From assembly GCF_963921235.1 (NCBI RefSeq), contig NC_086122.1, positions 24,490,001 through 24,554,000 of the forward strand: a DNA stretch of 64,000 nt, given 5' to 3'. The notes under the pieces were generated by a model, which was not told the origin of the DNA, ran no database searches, and saw only the letters and a program-made list of their open reading frames with translations. Position numbers and translations under genes: made by a program. Below are positions 1 through 13,094 of the stretch, one piece after another (the first letter of the stretch is position 1; each line of letters starts with the position of its first letter). The DNA comes from Mobula hypostoma (lineage: Eukaryota).

Positions 1-1291
1 TTGGGTCCGTTCCCAGCCCCCCATTGTGACAGATTCTCCCTTCGCTTCAGTCCATCGATGCATTATGCTGGGAGGATCAGGGGGAATGAGTGGAGTCAAT
101 CAATGTAGAAGCTAACATCTTCAACAGGATCCTCCATCCTTATCTGCAATTCCAGTCTATTGTCAGATCTGCCCGGAACCAAGCGGGCAGCCGTCCAAGG
201 CATTGCGGGCATGGACTAGCTCAACTCTCTCAGCGGAATGTCGAACTGACAGGCATTTCCTAAATGCAGAAATTAGTTGCTGCTCCAGAGTCTACAAAAG
301 CCTTCATCTGCCTCGAGCTCTTACCCCAGGTGAACTCCACCTTCAGCACAAAAACCGGAATCCGTGGGATTGGCTGTGATGGCTGCTACCATCACAGTCC
401 TCCCGACACTGGACGGTGTTAACAGTTCTCCCAATTGCTGCAGCTTTCCCGTAGTAAAAGTAGCGACCTTGACTCCAACACCGGGAACCCCTCATCAGCG
501 GAGCGTCCAGTGCCACCCACCTGAATGGGTTCAAATGGATTCTGAGCGGGCGACGGGTTGGTCGCGGTTCAAGGTTGGGGGGGTGGATGGAACTGCAATG
601 CGCAAGGGCCGGGCTCAGACCGGCTCTCTTCGACCTCCTGACGTGGTCCCACTTTCACTCTGCCAGACTGCCAGACGTTTATCGAGTCGGATGGACTGGT
701 CGATCAGAACCCGAGTTCCCTGCTGGCTCTCCCGTCCCAGAGCGAGGGCATCCTTCAGTCCATGGTGGTATAGCGTGGCCAAGGCCTCCGCGTTCCAACC
801 ACTCTCCTGGACCAAGGTCCGAAATTCATTCGGGTAGTTAGCCGCTGGCCATCCCCTGTCACATCTTCATCAGGCAGTCTGAGGCTCGGCTGGCTCCAGC
901 AAGGCAATGAAACACCTTCCTCATCGTGGTCATGAATTCCTGCAAATCCGAACAAATCTCTGACCCAATGCGCGGTGGCCCGGGCCAGGGCTCTTCCAGC
1001 CAGACAGAGAGATAATGAAGGCCACCCTTCCGCGCTCCGAAGGGCACCGGGATGGCTGGATTTCGATGGTAATGAGCACCGGATGAGGAAGTCGCGGCGG
1101 GAACGCGGCTCTCTCCGAGGTTGGAAGACGGACTGGCTCCGCAGAGCGATCGACAGCCTCACCCGAGCCACTTTGGCATCCTCCCTGCAATAGTTAGCAC
1201 ACGGAGACCCGGCTCTGTCTTTAAATTTTCTCGCAGTGGCTGGCCACAAATGACACTGATACACCGCTGTTCCATGTTGACTCAATCGTAC
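1..1291 (-). mobile_element. Decayed Ty3/Gypsy internal region (gag, aspartic protease), running off the window start
   Basis: Minus strand encodes KAFVDSGAATNF (protease DSG motif, about 268-305), an EPIQVG..FYYG degenerate gag knuckle region and gag-like WNAEALATLYHHGL. It has stops and frameshifts. Gag ATG is at 1275, just inside the LTR end. Confidence 0.75.
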
Positions 1292-1555
1292 TGTGGTGAG
1301 GACGGTTTGGACCTAGATGCTGGGATGTCCGAATCAAGGTTCGAGACACGAAATTAGACTGGATCTCAGCACAAAACAAATGCTAGATGATATCACTAGT
1401 AGGGTTACAGCTCAGATGTTCCTTAAGTACTCGATTCTGGCACCCAAAACATTATTACCAATTAGCGGGACCATCCTGAACCTTTGTTTCCGTACACCGG
1501 AGAGTTCGAGCGTCGAAATCCTGGAAGCTAGCGCGGTTTGGAGCGTCTCGTAACA
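1292..1555 (-). mobile_element. 5' LTR of the Gypsy element
   Basis: TGT...ACA bounded segment directly upstream of GTACGATTGAGTCAAC-ATG(gag) on the minus strand. Confidence 0.55.
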
Positions 1556-1686
1556 ATCTTACCACCCACCAGCAAATTCAAGGTCAAGTCTTTCCACATG
1601 ATTCATTTTGCCCCAGAAGCTTTTTCATGTGTACAACTCCTCCGAATGATTTCAACAGTGGTGCAATGTGTAAACTTGTCACTGTA

Positions 1687-2407
1687 AAGCCTGATTTATA
1701 CTTCTGCGTTAACTGAATGCCGTAACCTACGCAAGTGGCCTACGTGCGTTGTGAGCATTTATACTCGTGCGTTGGTGTGTCTGCATCGCTCTGCAATTCG
1801 CGCCCGTCACGCATGCGCACTCACCTACCCGCGCAAGGTTTCATGATCATAGTAGTCTTTCTCGGGGTAAACCAGAAGCGAGCATCTTTTTTCGTAAAAA
1901 CAAAATGTGTCCTCCATAATTTTGGAGGTCTGTAAAGCTTTATGGAAAGCATTGCAGCCAGAGTTCCTTCCCTGCCCTTCAGTCGCCCAATGGGAAGCTA
2001 TTGCAGCGTAGGATGAAATGCGATGCTACCAAGCAGACCAATCACAGTTGCAGCAACACACATAAAAGTTGCTGGTGAACGCAGCAGGCCAGGCAGCATC
2101 TCTAGGAAGAGGTGCAGTCGACGTTTCAGGCCGAGACCCTTCGTCAGGGTTTTCGAAGGGTCTCAGCCTGAAACGTCGACTGCACCTCTTCCTAGAGATG
2201 CTGCCTGGCCTGCAGCAACTTTTATGTGTGTTTCTTGAATTTCCAGCATCTGCAGAATTCCTGTTGTTTGCAACCACAGTTGTTGCGGTCTGCATTGCTG
2301 CGACGCGCGGTTAAATTTTGGGAGAGGTGCGCGTTGCAGCGTAGGGATCCGGCGACGCAGTACTGTACTTACAGCAATGCGTTGACGCAGAAGTATAAAT
2401 CAGGCTT
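1687..2407. mobile_element. Non-autonomous DNA transposon (MITE) with 27-bp TIRs
   Basis: AAGCCTGATTTATACTTCTGCGT(T/C)AAC at 1687-1713 and inverted at 2381-2407 (1 mismatch), flanked by TA (TAA/TTA context). No ORF. Superfamily uncertain. Confidence 0.85.
2051..2270. mobile_element. Penelope-derived fold-back mini-insertion nested in the MITE
   Basis: Two inverted copies of the PLE 3' end, joined at about 2150. TSD caa(t/c)cacagttg at 2039-2050 and 2271-2282. Confidence 0.85.
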
Positions 2408-3922
2408 TAGGGATCATTCTGGGGCTATGAAATTATGGATAGCATAATTGATGACCTAATATGAGAACGAGTCTTCAGGAAATAAAATCTGTACACAATT
2501 TAACTTCCATCCCATATGTTGTGGTCTATCATTGAGTGTGGAACATTCTGATGCTGTCCCATTGAAATTACACTAGGGAAGACAATTGATGAATGTTCTT
2601 GCCATTTGCACATTGTTAAAGATGTATCCCTGTCACTTAACGCACAGTTCACGACAGAATTGTTTTGTCATTTAACCTTCTGGTTAGTTGTATATTCACA
2701 AAGCCATCCTCCAATACTGTAACAAAATGAGTGTATTCTGAGGGTCTGGTTCTTCTTGGAACAGACACCACTATTCAATATTTCAAAGAGGTCTAGAACA
2801 TAGAACGTAGAATAGCACAGCCTGGGAACAGAACCTTTGGCCTACAATGTTGTGCTGAATCAGCTAAAAAGTAAATCAAACCGCTCCCCAAAAAAACTAA
2901 TCCCTCCTACCAACACAATGTCCATATTCCTCCATCTTCCTCATATTCATGGGCTTACCTAACGTCTCTTAAAAGCCACTAACCTATTTGCCTCTACCAC
3001 CAGACCAGGCAGTGCATTCCAGGCTTGCACTGCTCTGAGTAAAACAACTTACCCCTCACATCCCCTTTGAACCTGCCCCCTCTCACCTCCAAGGTATGCG
3101 CTCTGGTATTAGACATTTCAACCCTGGGAAAAAGATACTCCCTGTCTACTCTTTTTTTATGCCTCTCATAATCTTATAAAGCTCTGAGAGTTCTCCCCCC
3201 AGCCTCTACCACTCCAAAGAAAACAACCCAGGTTTGTCCAGCCTCTCATATAGCACATGCCCATTGAACCAAGCAGCATCTTGGTAAACCTCTTCCACAC
3301 ACTCTCCAAAGCCTCAACATTCTTCCCACAGAGGAGCAACTAGAACGATGTGCAATACTCCAGATGTGGCCTAAGCAGAGCTTTATAATGTTACAACCTA
3401 ACCTCTTGACTTTTGAACTCAGTCCCTCGACGAGTAAAAGTAAGCATATCTACAACTGGTCTATATCGTGCTGTATTCTTTGCCAGTCTTCTGCACTGTC
3501 CACAACTCCACCGATCTTGGTATCATCCACAAATTCACTAACCTACCCATTTACATTTTCATCCAGCTCATTTACTGTATGTATATCACATACAGCAGAG
3601 GTCCCAGCACGGATCCCTACAGAGCACCACTAATTACAGACCTCCAGCTGGACTAAGTTCCTTCAACCACTACCCTCTGTCTTCTTTGTGCAAGCCAGTT
3701 CTGAATCCAACAGCCAATTTGCCACAGACCTCATGCAACTTAATCTTCTGAATTAGCCTCCCAAGAGGGACCTTGTCAACCACCATTCTAAAATCCATGT
3801 AGGCAACATGCACTGCCCTATCTTCATCAGTCTCTCTCATCACCTTGACAAAAAACTCAATCAAATTGTTAAGATACAACCTGCCTCTCCTTTATTAGGC
3901 CATGGGTCTCTAAATACTCATA

Positions 3923-5531
3923 CAGTGCCTATAAGAAGTATTCACCACACCCCCCCCAGAAGTTTTCATGTTTTATTGTTTCACAACATCAAATCACAGT
4001 AGATTTAATTTAGCTTTTTTGTGACACTGATCAACAGAAAAAGACTCTTTCCTGTCAAAGTAAAAACAGATCTCTACAAAGTGGTGTAAATTAATTACAA
4101 ATATAAAACACAAAATAATTTATTGCCAAGTATTCACCCCCTTTAATATGACACACCAAATCATCACTGGTGCAGCCAAATGGTTTTAGAAGACACATAA
4201 TTAGTTAAATGGCGATCACTAGTGTCCGGTCAAGTTGTTTCAATTGATTGTAGTAAAAATACACTTGTATGGAAGGTCTAACTGATGATGAGTCAGTATC
4301 CTGGTAAAAAACTACACCATGAAGACAAAAGAACACTCCAAGCAACTCCGTGAAAAGGTTATTGAAAAGCACAAGTCAGGAGATGGATACAAGAGAATTT
4401 CCAAGTCACTTAATATCCATTGGAGTACAGTTAAGTCAATCATCAAGAAATGGAAAGAATATGGTACAGCTGTAAATCTGCCTAGAGCAGGCTGTCCTCA
4501 AAAACTGAGTGACTGTGCAAGAAGGGACTAGTGAGGGAGGCCACCAGGAGGCCTATAACAACTCTAGAGGAGTTACAAGCTTCATTGACTGAGGTGGGAG
4601 AGACTGAACAAACAACAACAGTTGCCCGGGTGCTTCACCAGTCACAGCTTTATGGGAGAGTGGCAAAGAGAAAACCACTATTGAAAAAAAACTCAAATGA
4701 AATCTCAGCTAGATTTTGCCAGAAGGCATGTGGGGGGCTCTGAAGTCAGCTGGAAGAAGGTTCTACCATCTGATGAAACCAAAATTGAGCATCAGACTAA
4801 ATGTTATGTTTGTGAACACCAAACACCACGCATCATCAAAAACGTGCCGTCCCTACCTTGAAGCATGGTGGTAGCTGCATAATGCTGTGGGAATGCTTCA
4901 CTGCAGCAGACCCTGGAAAGCTTGTGAAGGTAGATGGTAAAATGATTGCAGCAAAATACAGGGAGATCCTGGAAGAAAACCTGATGCAATTTGCAAGAGA
5001 GCAGCAACTTGGGAGAAGATTTGTTTCCCAGCAAGACAATGACCCCAAGCGTAAAGCCAAAGCTACACAGGGATGGCTTAAAAACAATAAAGTTAATGTC
5101 CTGGAGTGGCCAAGACAGAGTCCAGATCTCAATCCAATTGAGAATTTGTGGCTGGACTTGAAAAGTGCCGTACACTCACCATGCAATCTGACAGAGCTTG
5201 AGCAGTTCTGTAAAGAAGAATGGGGAAAAATTGCAGTGTCCAGATGTGCAAAGCTGATAAAGACCCATCCACACAGACTCAAGGCTGTAATTGCTGCCAA
5301 AGTTGCATCTACTAAATACTGACTTGAAGGGGTGAATACTTATGCAATAATTTTGTGTTTTATATTTGTAACTAATTTAGGTCACTTCGTAGAGATCTGT
5401 TTTCACTTTGACACAAAAGAGTCTTTTTCTGTTGATCACTCTCAAATAAAGCCAAATTAAATCCACTGTAAAACAATAAAAACTGAAAACTTCCCGGGGG
5501 GGGGGGGGAGTGATACTTTTCATAAGCACTG
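3923..5531 (+). mobile_element. Full-length defective Tc1-like transposon (about 1.6 kb)
   Basis: TA|CAGTG...CACTG|TA ends with long (about 200 bp) imperfect TIRs and an internal transposase. Confidence 0.93.
4319..5322 (+). pseudogene. Tc1 DD34E transposase, frameshifted
   Basis: Paired-like HTH N-terminus (MKTKEHSKQLREKVIEKHKSG), SDETK, QDNDPK and WPRQSPDLNPIENLW, split across three ORFs. Confidence 0.9.
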
Positions 5532-5943
5532 TATAGCCTATCCCTAAGAATTTTCTTCAGCAATTTCTCTACACCTGGCATGAGACACACCAGTCTATAG
5601 TTACCAGGATTTTCCCTTGTTCTCTTCTTAAATAGAGTTACAACATTAGCTTCTCGCCAGTCCTCACTCATGCCTAGAGAGGACACAAAGATACTGGTAA
5701 AAGCCCCGGCAATCTTGTCTCTTGCCTCCTTCAATAAACTGGGGTAAACCCCGTCGGGCCCTGGGGACTTATCCACCCTAACAATCATTAGGAGGTCCAA
5801 CACTTCCTCCTGCATGACCTCTAAATGCCCTAACGTATTTACACACTCAGCACTGATCTCCTGTTCCTCCATGTCCTTTCCCTTGGTAAATACTGAAGCA
5901 AAGTTCTACTTGGAAGGTGTCACCATAGTACATACATAATTCT

Positions 5944-6220
5944 AGCAACACACATCAAAGTTGCTGGTGAACGCAGCAGGCCAGGCAGCATCTATAGGAG
6001 GAGGCGCAGTCGATGTTTCAGGCCGAGACCCTTCGTCAGGACTAACTGAAGGAAGAGTGAGTAAGGGATTTGAAAGCTGGAGGGGGAGGGGGAGATGCAA
6101 AATGATAGGAGAAGACAGGAGGGGGAGGGATGGAGCCGAGAGCTGGACAGGTGATAGGCAAAAGGGGATACGAGAGGATCATGGGACAGGAGGTCCGGGA
6201 AGAAAGACGGGGGGGGGGTG
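5944..6220 (-). mobile_element. Penelope-like element 3' UTR fragment with hammerhead-like motif (6007-6044)
   Basis: Nearly identical to the reverse complement of about 54390-54664. Possible TSD taattct at 5937-5943 and 6221-6227. Confidence 0.85.
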
Positions 6221-6499
6221 TAATTCTGTTAACTTACCCAACTTTATTCAAAATATCAAAGTAGGTGAAACTGTAAATGATCGATTATTGTTACTTTTTC
6301 ATTGAAGAAGTATACATCGTGTCAGGAGAGGGTGATTCTCTTGAATTCTCCTGGACACTCTCTCTCTCCTGAAGGTTTACTGTGTGAATAAAGACTTATA
6401 TATTTCCCAACAACAGCTTCATGTGGCTCAGTTTTAGCCAGTCACAGTGAAGTTTTCAGCAGTTGTGCTATAATTGAGCCAACATTCAAATTGCATTCT

Positions 6500-8000
6500 T
6501 TTGCGGAGGAGGGAGGGTACGAGACTTTTGGATCATTGGGTTCTCTTCCAGGGAAGGCGGGACCTGTACAGAAGTGATGGTCTGCAGATGAACTGGAGGG
6601 GGACTAATATCCTGGCGGGCAGGTTTGCTAGTGCCGCACAGTGGCATTTAAGCTAGAATTGCAGAGGGATGGTATCCAGAGTGCCAGAACAGGTAGTAGA
6701 GAAGTTGTGGAGGCAGATGTTGGTATGCCCTCAGACAAGTCAGGAATCAAAAGGTTGAACATGCTGCGACTAGTGTCCTGAGCTGCCTATAGTTCAATAC
6801 AAGAAATATTGTAGGAAAGGCGGATGAATATGAGGTAGCTGGGTTACAAACAGAGGCAATGTGTAGTGCGGAAAGGCCGTTGATAAGGACAAAATTGCAG
6901 TCAGCAGGATGAGTTCCAAAGTAAAAGGTGGACAAAATTGAAAAGGGTGAATAGGGACTGAAGGTGTTGTATTTGAATCCATGCAGTATTCAGAGTAAGG
7001 TAGATGAACTTGTGGCAGAGTTGCAGATTGGCATTTATGATGTTGTAGGCATCACTGAATCATGGCTGAAAGAAGATTATAGCTGGGAGCTTACTGTCCA
7101 AGGATACACATTGTATTGAAAGGACAGGCAGGAAGGCAGAGGGGGCGGTGTTGCTCTGTTGGTGAAAAATGAATTCAAATCATTAGAAAGAGATGACCTA
7201 GGGTCAGAAGGTATTGAATCATTGTGGTTAGAGTTAAAGAACTGCAAGAGTAAAAAGACCCTGATGGGAGTTGTATACAGACCACAAACAGTAATAAGGA
7301 TGTGGTCAACAAATTACAACTGGAGAAAGAAAATGCATGCCAAAAGGGCAATGTTACAATAGTCATGGGGAATTTCAATATGAGGGTAGATTGTGAAAAT
7401 CAGGTTGGTGCTGGATTCCAAGAGGGGATATTTCTAAAATGCCTATGAGATGGCCTTTTAGAGCAACTCATGGTTGAGCCCACTAGGGAATAATCTATTC
7501 TGGATTGGATGTTGTGCAATGAACCAGAATTGATTAGAGAATTTAAGGCAAAAGAACCCTTCGGGGAAAATGATCAAAATATGATCAAATTCACCCTGAA
7601 ATTTGAGAAGGAGAAGCTAAAGTCAGATGTATCAGTATTACAATGGAGTAAAGGGAATTACAGAGGCATGAGAGAGGAGCTGGTCAGAATAGAAGGGAAA
7701 ACACTGACAGGGATGACGGCAGAGTAGCAATGGCTAGAGTTTCTGGAAGCAATTCGGATGGCACAGGATATATACATCCCGTAGAGGAAGAAGTATTCTA
7801 AAGGAAAGATGACACAACCGTAGCTAACAAGAAAAGTCAAAGCCAAAGAGAGGGCAAAGTATTGGGAAGTTAGGGGATGGGGAAGCTTTCAGAAACCAAA
7901 AGAAGGCAACTAAAAAAGTCATTAAGAAGGTAAAGATGGAATACAAAAGTAAGTTAGTCAGTAATATTAAAGAGGATACTAAAAGTTTCTTCATGACATA
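6500..8000 (+). mobile_element. CR1 LINE fragment (end of ORF1 esterase, APE endonuclease), degraded
   Basis: LLDHW..DLYRSDGL.MNWRGTNILAGRFA; ITESWL; ESLWLEL..LMGVVYRP; many stops. Confidence 0.85.
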
Positions 8001-9589
8001 ATGTTTTCAGTTCAGAGGTGAAAGAGTGAGGGTTGGGTATTTGGCTGAATTGCAAGTTTTCACAAAGCACATGCCTTCAGACTGCACTCTCATACTTATA
8101 CTGTCCTCTCTGGAGCTTCCTGCTAGAAGCACACTGCTATGCTCTAGATGGGTTTTATGACCCTCACAGAAAAGGAACATACTTCCTGCATACACCGTTC
8201 ATCACCAACTCATCCAGGTCACCTTGACCCTCATGGGCACCTTCCCACACTTACTCTGTCTTTGGAGTATCAAGTCATTTGTAGCATTACTCCCCTGTAG
8301 CTGGGAGAATAGTGCCTGTATCATAGTACCTCCCTTTAAAAGCAGGTTTTCCTGAGATTGCAGCTGCCATACTCAATGCCAGTAGTTGTGAAAACTTGCA
8401 ATGCATCAAAAGGGAATGTAGGTAATGCCACTTTCAGCACGGTATCATATGGAGAAATCTTACAGCACTGTTCTGTGAAACATAATGAAGGACTTTATTC
8501 TTTAAATGATTTTCACACAATGTTAGGGCAACTGACATCGTTCTTTTATTGTGATTAAAGGGGAGTAAAACAACTTTTAATTCATAGTCTCAGTCAGGTA
8601 ACAAAAATTCACCTTTGTTATTACTTCCTCCAGAATATATGATTGAGTGTCACATCATAGTTCCTTTCAGAAAAATTCTAATGTTGTAGTGTTTACACTG
8701 AGTTTAAGTCATTGACTAGGGTGTTCTCACATTACAGTATCTCATTGTAGTCGAAGTACAATTCGGTTTTACTAACTACATTTCTCGTGAAAACACAGGC
8801 TCATTGCTCCATTTCCATATACTGCACTTGATTTGTTTTTGATTAGTTTAGAAACCTGAAACTTTGCCTATGCCTTAACATTAACAAGGAATGTAACCTG
8901 GAGGCTGCCTGTGATTATGGGAGGTGTGATTGTATTCAGCTTCTTGTGCACTGTGGCATTGTACCAAAACAGCTGACTATAGAACATGCAATTCCTGACT
9001 ACACGTTGGATGATAAGTAATTAAGGTTAAATATGTGTGAAATATATATTCTTCTCAGAATCAAAGTGCACAAATCTGTTCACCTTGAATGTATAATAGA
9101 CACCTTAGAGACACATGAAAACTTACTGAAGTATAACCGTTAACTGCTAACCTACGGCAACTACTCAAATCTCTATCAAATTCCAAGAACTTTCAAGAAC
9201 ATATCAAAAGCAAGAAAGTCCAAGAAGAATGTACTACAGCAACTCTTTTGGCTATTAAAGGAACATTTTTGATAAATCGATGAACGGTTCAGTGGTTCCA
9301 TTTAATATCAGAGAATGTTTACAATATACAGCCTGAAATGCTTACTCTCCGCAGACATCCACAAAACAACTTTAAACATGTTTTTAAAAAGGTAAAAGTA
9401 GTATTTTAGTGTTGATATGTCAATAGCATCACCATCTGGTGATAAAAGGTTGTTAACAATCTATTATGGTAGATATTGCCTGCAGTCACCTTCAAAACTG
9501 CAAGGAATGAAGGACAGAAAAAAATGTAAGAACCCCAAAGCCCCCTCACCCTCCCACACACAGGCAACAGCAAAAGCCTCAAATCATTC

Positions 9590-10675
9590 AGGGAAGTTTG
9601 GCCAGGTGGATTCAGAATTGGCTTGCCTGCAGAAGGCAGAGGGTCGTGGTGGAGGGAGTACATTCAGATTGGAGGGTTGTGACCAGTGGTGTCCCACAAG
9701 GATCTGTTCTGGGACCTCTACTTTTCACGATTTTTATTAACGACCTGGATGTGGGGGTAGAAGGGTGGATTGGCAAGTTTGCAGACCACACAAAGGTTGG
9801 TGGTGTTGTGGATAGTGTAGAGGATTGTCAAAGATTGCAGAGAGACATTGATAGGATGCAGAAGTGGACTGAGAAGTGGCAGATGGAGTTCAACCCGGAG
9901 AAGTGTGAGGTGGTACACTTTGGAAGGACAAACTCCAAGGCAGAGTACAAAGTAAATGGCAGGATACTTGGTAGTGTGGAGGAGCAGAGGGATCTGAGAG
10001 TACATGTCCACAGGTCCCTGAAAGTTGCCTCATAGGTAGATAGGGTAGTTAAGAAAGCTTATGGGGTGTTAGCTTTCATAAGTCGAGGGATAGAGTTTAA
10101 GAGTCGTGAGGTAATGATGCAACTCTATAAAACTCTGGTGAGGCCACACTTGGAGTACTGTGTCCAGTTCTGGTCACCTCACTATAGGAAGGATGTAGAA
10201 GCATTGGAAAGGGTACAGAGGAGATTTACCAGGATGCTGCCTGGTTTAGAGAGTATGCATTATGATCAGAGATTAAGGGAGCTAGGGCTTTACTCTTTGG
10301 AGAGAAGGAGGATGACAGGAGACATGATAGAGGTGTACAAGATAATAAGAGGAATAGATAGAGTGGATAGCCAGCGCCTCTTCCCCGGGGCACCACTGCT
10401 CAATACAAGAGGACATGGCTTTAAGGTAAGGGGTGGGGAGTTCAAAGGGGATATTAGAGGAAGGTTTTTTACTCAGAGAGTGGTTGGTGCATGGAATGCA
10501 CTGCCTGAGTCAGTGGTGGAGACAGATACACTAGTGAAATTTAAGAGACTACTAGACAGGTATATGGAGGAATTTAAGGTGGGGGGTTATATGGGAGGCA
10601 GGGTTTGAGGGTCGGCACAACATTGTGGGCCGAAGGGCCTGAACTGTGCTGTACTATTCTATGCTCTATGTTCTA
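9590..10675 (+). mobile_element. CR1 LINE, 5'-truncated (RT C-terminal half and 3' tail)
   Basis: SGVPQGSVLGP, KFADHTK, RPHLEYCVQFWSP, FFTQRVV..WN.LP and a CTATG(C/T)T-type tail. Confidence 0.92.
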
Positions 10676-10817
10676 TCCCCTTTACTTTTTATTCCAGCAG
10701 AAAGCATCAGCCAACCCACCACCCACCACACAAGCAACAGTAAAGTCCCCACAGAGAGACCATGATCTGCAGTCCATCGAAAACCATTGTTCACCCAACA
10801 GTCAACATGCCACAGGC

Positions 10818-10867
<50 letters not shown>
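10818..10867. repeat. (CT)n microsatellite
   Basis: Direct observation. Confidence 0.95.
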
Positions 10868-10870
<3 letters not shown>

Positions 10871-10979
10871 AACGAGGCTTCAGGTAGGAGCCAAGATGTC
10901 TCAGCTGAATGGAAGTGGCATTATAGTGGATATTAGCAACAAAAGACATACACATGGCAAAAATCATTATTTATTGTAA

Positions 10980-11180
10980 TACAAATCCAAATTCCGCAGA
11001 TACTGGAAATCCAAAGCAACACACACAAGATGCTGGAGGAACTCAGCAGGTCAGGCCGCGTCTATGGAACAGAATAGATTGTCGGAATTTTGGGCTGAGA
11101 CCTTTCTGCAGGACTGAAAACGAAGCGGGGAGACACCAGAATAAAAAGATGGGTGGGAGGGGAAGGAGGATAGCTAGGAA
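10980..11180 (-). mobile_element. Older Penelope-like 3' end remnant
   Basis: gcagatactggaaatcc..gcaacacac..gctggaggaactcagcagg with a degenerate hammerhead segment. Confidence 0.7.
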
Positions 11181-12212
11181 GTTGAATGGATCAAACAGCT
11201 AAACGGAAAGGATTAATCAGTCATTTTTAAAAATATATTCCAATTCTGAGGTACCCATCAGCATAATAATATTTAAAAGACAATATCTCTTCTTGTGAGC
11301 TTGATGATTGAATGGGTCTCTGTAAAAATCAAAAGTGGGCAAATTGAAAGCAGAATGTATTTATTTTTTTAACATTTTCCTTAGCCACCACCGCCCCCCC
11401 CCCCCAGCTACCTCTCCTGGAGCTGAAAAAAATCCTGATTATTGGTAAAGGACCCTGAATAGTCTCAAATTAACTTTTTTATTTGGTTAATGAAATACAA
11501 GATATTAAAAATAAAGTTAGTAAAAATAATGAACACTCCAGCAATCAATTTTTGAATTTACATAGTACTCATAAAATTCAAATGAGATTATACCCATCCC
11601 CATGAGTTCTTCCTAAACATGTCTCATTTGAAGGCAACATTTCTCCTTTTATATATGTATTGTATAAAATGTATTTTTGTCTTCAAGCATTAAATAATTT
11701 TTACAAATCTCACACATGCAATAAAACAGGTTTTCCATGAAAGTGACTGTAGATACATGAGCTGCCATAGTAGATTTTTAACAGCCTTCTATCGCCAGAT
11801 GGTGATGCTATTGATATACCAACACTTACATACTACTTTTACCCTAACTTGTAAAGTTCAGTGTTCATTCCTATTTGAATGCAAAACACCTTCTGTTGCA
11901 TTAACATTTCTTTTTTATACCTCTCTTCCCATGTTCCATTCATCCCTCACCATCACACCTAACATGTCCCATTACTCTCCCTTCCTGAATGGTTATGGCT
12001 AATTCTTTCACAATTATGATTACCGCACAGTATATCATGAATACGGCCTCTTAGTGTTTCAGCAGAACAGTCGATTACATTTCTAATAAAAGTAGATCAG
12101 TAGAGCTACTAGGACTTGATGTTTCAATCCCTATGGTACGTTGGCACTCTCAATGTTGGCAGTGAGCTTGGAGTGGTGACGAGGAGGGAGGGTAGGTACG
12201 TCATCAGGGTCA

Positions 12213-13031
12213 TCATAGTCATAGTCATAGTCATAATCATACTTTATTGATCCCGGGAGAAATTAGTTTTTGTTACAGTTGCACCATAAATAATTAAATA
12301 GTAATAAAACCATAAATAATTAAATAGTAATATGTAAATTATGCTAGGAAATAAGTCCAGGACCAGCCTATTGGCTCAGGGTGTCTGACCCTCCAAGGGA
12401 GGAGTTGTAAAGTTTGATGGCCGCAGGCAGGAATGACTTCCTATGACGCTCTGTGTTGCATCTCGGTGGAATGAGTCTCTGGCTGAATGTACTCCTGTGC
12501 CCAACCAGTACATTATGTAGTGGATGGGAGACATTGTCCAAGATGGCATGCAACTTGATCATGCACTGCAAACATGATAGCACTGGCCACCACAGACTCG
12601 TAGAACATCCTCAGCATCGTCCGGCAGATGATAAAGGACCTCAGTCTCCTCAGGAAATAGAGACGGCTCTGACCCTTCTTGTAGACAGCCTCAGTGTTCT
12701 TTGACCAGTCCAGTTTATTGTCAATTCGTATCCGCAGGTATTTGTAATCCTCCACCATGTCCATACTGACCCCCTGGATGGATACAGGGGTCGCCGGTAC
12801 CTTAGCTCTCCTCAGGTCTACCACCAGCTCCTTAGTCTTTTTCACATTAAGCTGCAGGTAATTCTGCTCACACCATGTGACAAAGTTTTCTACCGTAGCC
12901 CTGCTCTCAGCCTCATCTCCCTTGCTGATGCATCCAACTATGGCAGAGTCATCCAAAAACTTCTGAAGATGACAAGACTCTGTGCAGTAGTTGAAGTCCG
13001 AGGTGTAAATGGTGAAGAGAAAGGGAGACAA
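12213..13031 (-). mobile_element. Rex1/Babar-type LINE 3' fragment
   Basis: SPFLFTIYTSD..LQKFLDDSA, LNVKKTKELVVD, RLYFLRRLRSF, SFLPAAIKLYN and a (GACTAT)n tail. Confidence 0.85.
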
Positions 13032-13094
13032 GCCACAAGACTATAAGCAGAATTAGGCCATTTGGCTCATCGAGTTTCCTCTGCCATTTCATCA

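Larger units (their letters stand above)
2795..5905 (-). mobile_element. Degraded CR1 LINE 3' portion, interrupted by the Tc1 element
   Basis: Minus-strand RT remnants (AYMDFRMVVDKVP; DKSPGPDGVYP..WREANVVTLFKK..NPGNYR) and a CR1-type short-repeat tail near 2795. Confidence 0.8.

Noticed and set aside
2051-2270. Long hairpins as pre-miRNA or CRISPR-like repeats
   Set aside because: They are fully explained by inverted PLE ends with TSDs. There is no repeat-spacer array and the context is eukaryotic.
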